64,000 nt of DNA, taken from the human T2T-CHM13v2.0 reference genome, Homo sapiens. A program made the translations under genes and the position numbers. The DNA is taken from assembly GCF_009914755.1 (NCBI RefSeq), contig NC_060926.1; one strand, given 5' to 3'. Positions 59,561-64,000 of the stretch are shown here, piece after piece; positions within the stretch are counted from its first letter, which is position 1, and each line of letters opens with the position of its first letter. The notes beneath the pieces are model-generated. The model searched no databases. It saw only the letters and a program-made list of their open reading frames with translations, and had not been told where the DNA came from.

Positions 59561-60350
59561 ATATGGGCAGTGTGGGAGAGGGCTGGCATGGGTGGTCTTA
59601 GTCCTGTCCAATAGGTCCACTTCAAGGAGCAAAGGGAACCCAGTAGAAAGAAGCTAGAGATGAAGCCCAATTGGAAGGAAACACAAGCAACCACTCACAA
59701 TAAAACCCATCTGTCAAGGTCAAGGGACCTGCAGGATGGAGGTCCCTAGGAAGAGAATTTCCTAAGAGACCATGACAGTGCCCATGAGACAACAAAACAT
59801 GCTTTAAACTCTACCAAGCTCAGAATTCAAAGCCAGGTTATGAGAGGACTTTTCTATCCCATTTGCCATCCCTCTGTTCCTACATCTGGACCTTGGAAAG
59901 ATAAAAACTGGGCAGCAGGCTTAAAGTTGGAGGAGTTGAGAGAACCCACAAGAATGAACTAAAGAAAAACACCAAACACCCCCTCCTTGTCACCCACCTG
60001 AAGCAGACCTAAGTTGGAGGAGGAAAGAAATTTAGACAGTAAATGAAGTTCATAGTTTTTATTAAGATCTTGGATGGATAATTCAATATATAAATTGAGA
60101 CTAGGCTTATGTCTTGTGACTAAGTGACTCTAAGATTTATTATCTAAGAATGAACAGAAAAGTCTTGGACCTGCCGGAGTTTTTATCCGGGAGCAAAAAA
60201 AGATTATCCCACTGGAAAAAATGGGTTTTTTTTTTCCCCTATGGTATTTTTGTTACAGCAACCAACCCACTGAAATTTTTAAAGGAAGTTGGAAACAAAA
60301 AAAGAAGTTGTTTTTGGTTATTCACCAGTGATGCTTGTCCAATATACTAA

Positions 60351-61209
<859 letters not shown>

Positions 61210-61212
61210 TGA

Positions 61213-61365
61213 CACCTGGGAGGCTGAGGCAGGACGACTGCTTGAACCCAGAAGGTGGAGGTTTCAGTGAGCCAAGCTTGCGCCACTGTACTCCAGCCTG
61301 GGTGACACAGCGAGAATCCGTCTCAAAAAACAAAAACAAAAAACAAACAAACAAACAAAAAACCA
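61213..61365 (+). mobile_element. 5'-truncated Alu (right monomer)
   Basis: TSD gaaatactgtga. Confidence 0.85.
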
Positions 61366-61374
61366 GAGAAATAC

Positions 61375-61814
61375 TGTGATGGTTAATTTTCTGTGTCAAC
61401 ATGGCTGGGCTACGGGATGCCCAGATAGCTGGTAAAACATTATTTTTGAGGGTGTTTATGGGGGTGTTTATGGAGGTATTCGTATCTGAATCAGCACACT
61501 GAGTAAAGATCATCCTCATTCATGGGGATGGGCATCATCTAATCTGCTGAGAAACTGAATAGAACACAAAAGCAGAGGAAGGGTAAATTTGCTGTCTCTC
61601 TGTGAGCTGGGACATCTACCTGCCCTTGGACATCAGAACCCCTGCTTCTCAGACCTTCGGTCCAGACTGAATTACACCACTGGGTTTCTAGGTTCTCCAG
61701 TTTGCAGACAGCATATCGTGGGGCTTTTTGGACTCCAATATCATATGAGCCAGTTCCCTAAATAAGTAAATCAATCCTATTGGCCTGTTTTTCTGGAGAA
61801 CTCTGAATAATACA
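61375..61814 (+). mobile_element. MLT2-type (ERVL) solo LTR
   Basis: tgtgatggttaatttt...ggagaactctgaataataca; 5-bp TSD AATAC. Confidence 0.85.
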
Positions 61815-61844
61815 AATACTTTCCTTTTAATGGTTTTAGTTTTG

Positions 61845-61970
61845 GGCCAGGTGTGGTGGCTCATGCCAGTAATCCCAGCACTTTAGGAGGCCAAGGTGGG
61901 AGGATTGCTTGAGCCCACTAGTTCAAGACCAGCCTGGGCAACATAGTGAGAACCCATCTCTAAAAATAAA
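61845..61970 (+). mobile_element. FLAM/Alu left monomer
   Basis: Single monomer. Confidence 0.8.
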
Positions 61971-61989
61971 AGTTTTAAAGTTTTGTTTT

Positions 61990-63720
61990 TTCACGCACAG
62001 ATGTTTAATTCAGCTGGAATTCGTTTTGTGTATGGTATGGGATAGAGATTTTATCTTTTTATAGAAAGTCAATTTTCCTATTACCATTTATTGAACATCC
62101 ACCCTTTCCCACTGATCTGACAGAGCACATCTATCATATAACAAGATCTCACAATATTTGGGCTCTGTTTTGGGGCTCTTTGTTCTGTTCCACTGATCTA
62201 TTTGTTTATTCTGTATCAATATCTACCATTTAAATTACTCTAGACTTATGCTGCCTTGATTTCTGGTACTAATTCTTCCTTTTCAGAATTACGTTTGAAT
62301 TGTCACAGCTGTTCATCTTCTATATGAATGTAAAAAATGTTTGTCAAAGGGCTACCAAAAAAATTTATTGGGAATTTTTGTTAGGATCACATTGAATTTA
62401 TAGATCAATTTGGGCAGAATCGCCATTTTGAGACTACTGAATCTTCCCTTTCATAAACATGATTTGGTTCTTCTTATGTGACTTTAAATGTATTTTTATA
62501 GGTTTTAAAATGGGAGTTTGCCTTTTATTTCTAAGTATTTTCTTTGTCTTGTTAATGTGAATGGTCTCTCTCTTATTGTTTATGTGCCTTTTCCTTTTTG
62601 AGACAGGGTCTCACTCTGCCACCTAGGCTGGAGTGCAGTGGCACGATCATGGCTCACTGCAGCCTCAACCGTCCCAGGCTCAGGCGATCCTCCCACCTCA
62701 GCCTTCCGAGTAGCTGGGACTACAGGCACACATCACTACACCTGGCTAATTTTTGTATTTTTTTCTGGAGACGAGATTTCGCCATGTTGTCCATGCTGGT
62801 CTCGAACTCCTGGACTCAAGGGTTCCTCCCACCTTGGCCTCCCAAAGTTCTAGGATTACAGGCATGAGCCACCATACCTGGCTTATTGTTTCTGTTCTAA
62901 TTGGCTATTTCTTTTCTGTTTTTTTTTTTTTTTTTTTGAGACAGAGTCTCACTCTGTCACCCAGGCTGGAGTGCAGTGGCACAATCTCAGCTCACTGCAA
63001 CCTCTGCCTCCTGGGTTCAAGTGATTCTCCTGCCTCAGTCTCTCTACGTGACTTTTTTTTCTTTTTTTTTTTTTTTGTATTTTTAGTAGAGACGGGGTTT
63101 CACCACGTTGGCCAGGCTGGTTTTGAACTCCTGATCTCAAGTGATCTACCTGCCTCGGCCTCCCAAAGTGCTAAGATTACAGGCGAGAGCCACCGTGCCC
63201 GGCCTAATTTTTTAGTTTTTTGTAGAGATGAGGTCTCACTATATTGCCCAGGCTGGTCTTGAACTCCTGACCTCAAGTGATCCCCCCATCTAGGCCTCCC
63301 AAAGTGCTGGGATTACGGGCATGAGCTACCCTGGCCCTAGCTGCATTTATGTTCTTAAGATTGTACTTTAACTTTCTTCTGTTTTACTCTCTTTATCCAG
63401 TTTTGATATTAAAGTTATACTATCTTCACAAAATAAGCTAAGTAACTGTTTCTATTTTTCTTTTCTCTGGAACAATTTGCATGATATAAAGGTTACCTTT
63501 TTTTCTGGGAAAACCGGCCCATAAAACGGTCCAGGCCTAGTAACCTTTGCATGGGCATTTGGGAGGCAGTTTTGAATACCTAGTCAGTTAATTTTATTAG
63601 TCTATTCTGGTTTTCAGTGTTAGCTGGGACAATTTTGGTAATTTATATTTTCTAGGAAATTATCCATTCCCCTAAGTTTTCAAATTTCTTGGCACAGAAT
63701 TGTTGATAGTATTCTTTTCA
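61990..63720 (-). mobile_element. Old L1M ORF2 fragments interrupted by an Alu cluster (62595-62883, 62919-63205, 63206-63340, all minus)
   Basis: attgaatttatagatcaatttggg and ccatttattgaa motifs; Alu motifs. Confidence 0.75.
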
Positions 63721-63885
63721 TCAGTTGTGCCCGATACAAGGAAGAAGAACCCCTGTTTCAATGAAGGGAACTGGGAGCTTACAAAATTGTTGACAAGGCT
63801 AGAGAAGTGAGCTCTAGAAATGACTCCCAGAACAGTCTAGAGCTGTCGAGAAGAGCTGCCAAGTATGGCACCATTAGTAAAGTGG

Positions 63886-64000
63886 AGCCAGGCGCGATGG
63901 CTCACACCTGTAATCCCAGCACTTTGGGAGGCCGAGGCAGGCAGATTTGTGTGAGCTCAAGGGTTTGAGACCAGCCTGGGCAACATGGCGAAACCCCATC
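63886..64000 (+). mobile_element. Alu (cut by window edge)
   Basis: Left monomer. Confidence 0.85.

Noticed and set aside
62753-63262. 169-aa ORF and the many similar ORFs containing [12 protein letters not shown] or [12 protein letters not shown]
   Set aside because: These are translations of Alu sequence

Overview
Primate (human-type) genomic DNA, very Alu-rich. It contains one protein-coding gene, COX7A2L (SCAF1/COX7RP, respiratory supercomplex assembly factor). The gene is on the minus strand with three coding exons (20579-20508, 12757-12626, 10773-10633) that splice through GT-AG phase-0 introns into the 114-aa protein [114 protein letters not shown]. From established knowledge this is human 2p21 between EML4 and KCNG3; I recognise no exon of either neighbour here. 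The promoter is a CpG island with a perfect estrogen response element in intron 1. The rest is non-coding: about 50 Alus (including a consensus AluYa5 and an AluYc1-like copy), old L1/L2/MIR, solo LTRs and DNA transposon relics. Four structures are not explained by the annotation. (1) A perfect 14-bp inverted repeat in the COX7A2L 3'UTR pairs the AAUAAA signal with an upstream UGUA-containing element. (2) A TOP-like 5' tract sits beside an out-of-frame overlapping uORF. (3) A ~500-bp AT-rich near-palindrome lies at 60.35-60.85 kb. (4) A 111-bp inverted duplication is attached to two inverted AluJs at 22.3-25.9 kb. Repeat subfamily names and boundaries were assigned by eye and are approximate. 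No new gene system is supported.
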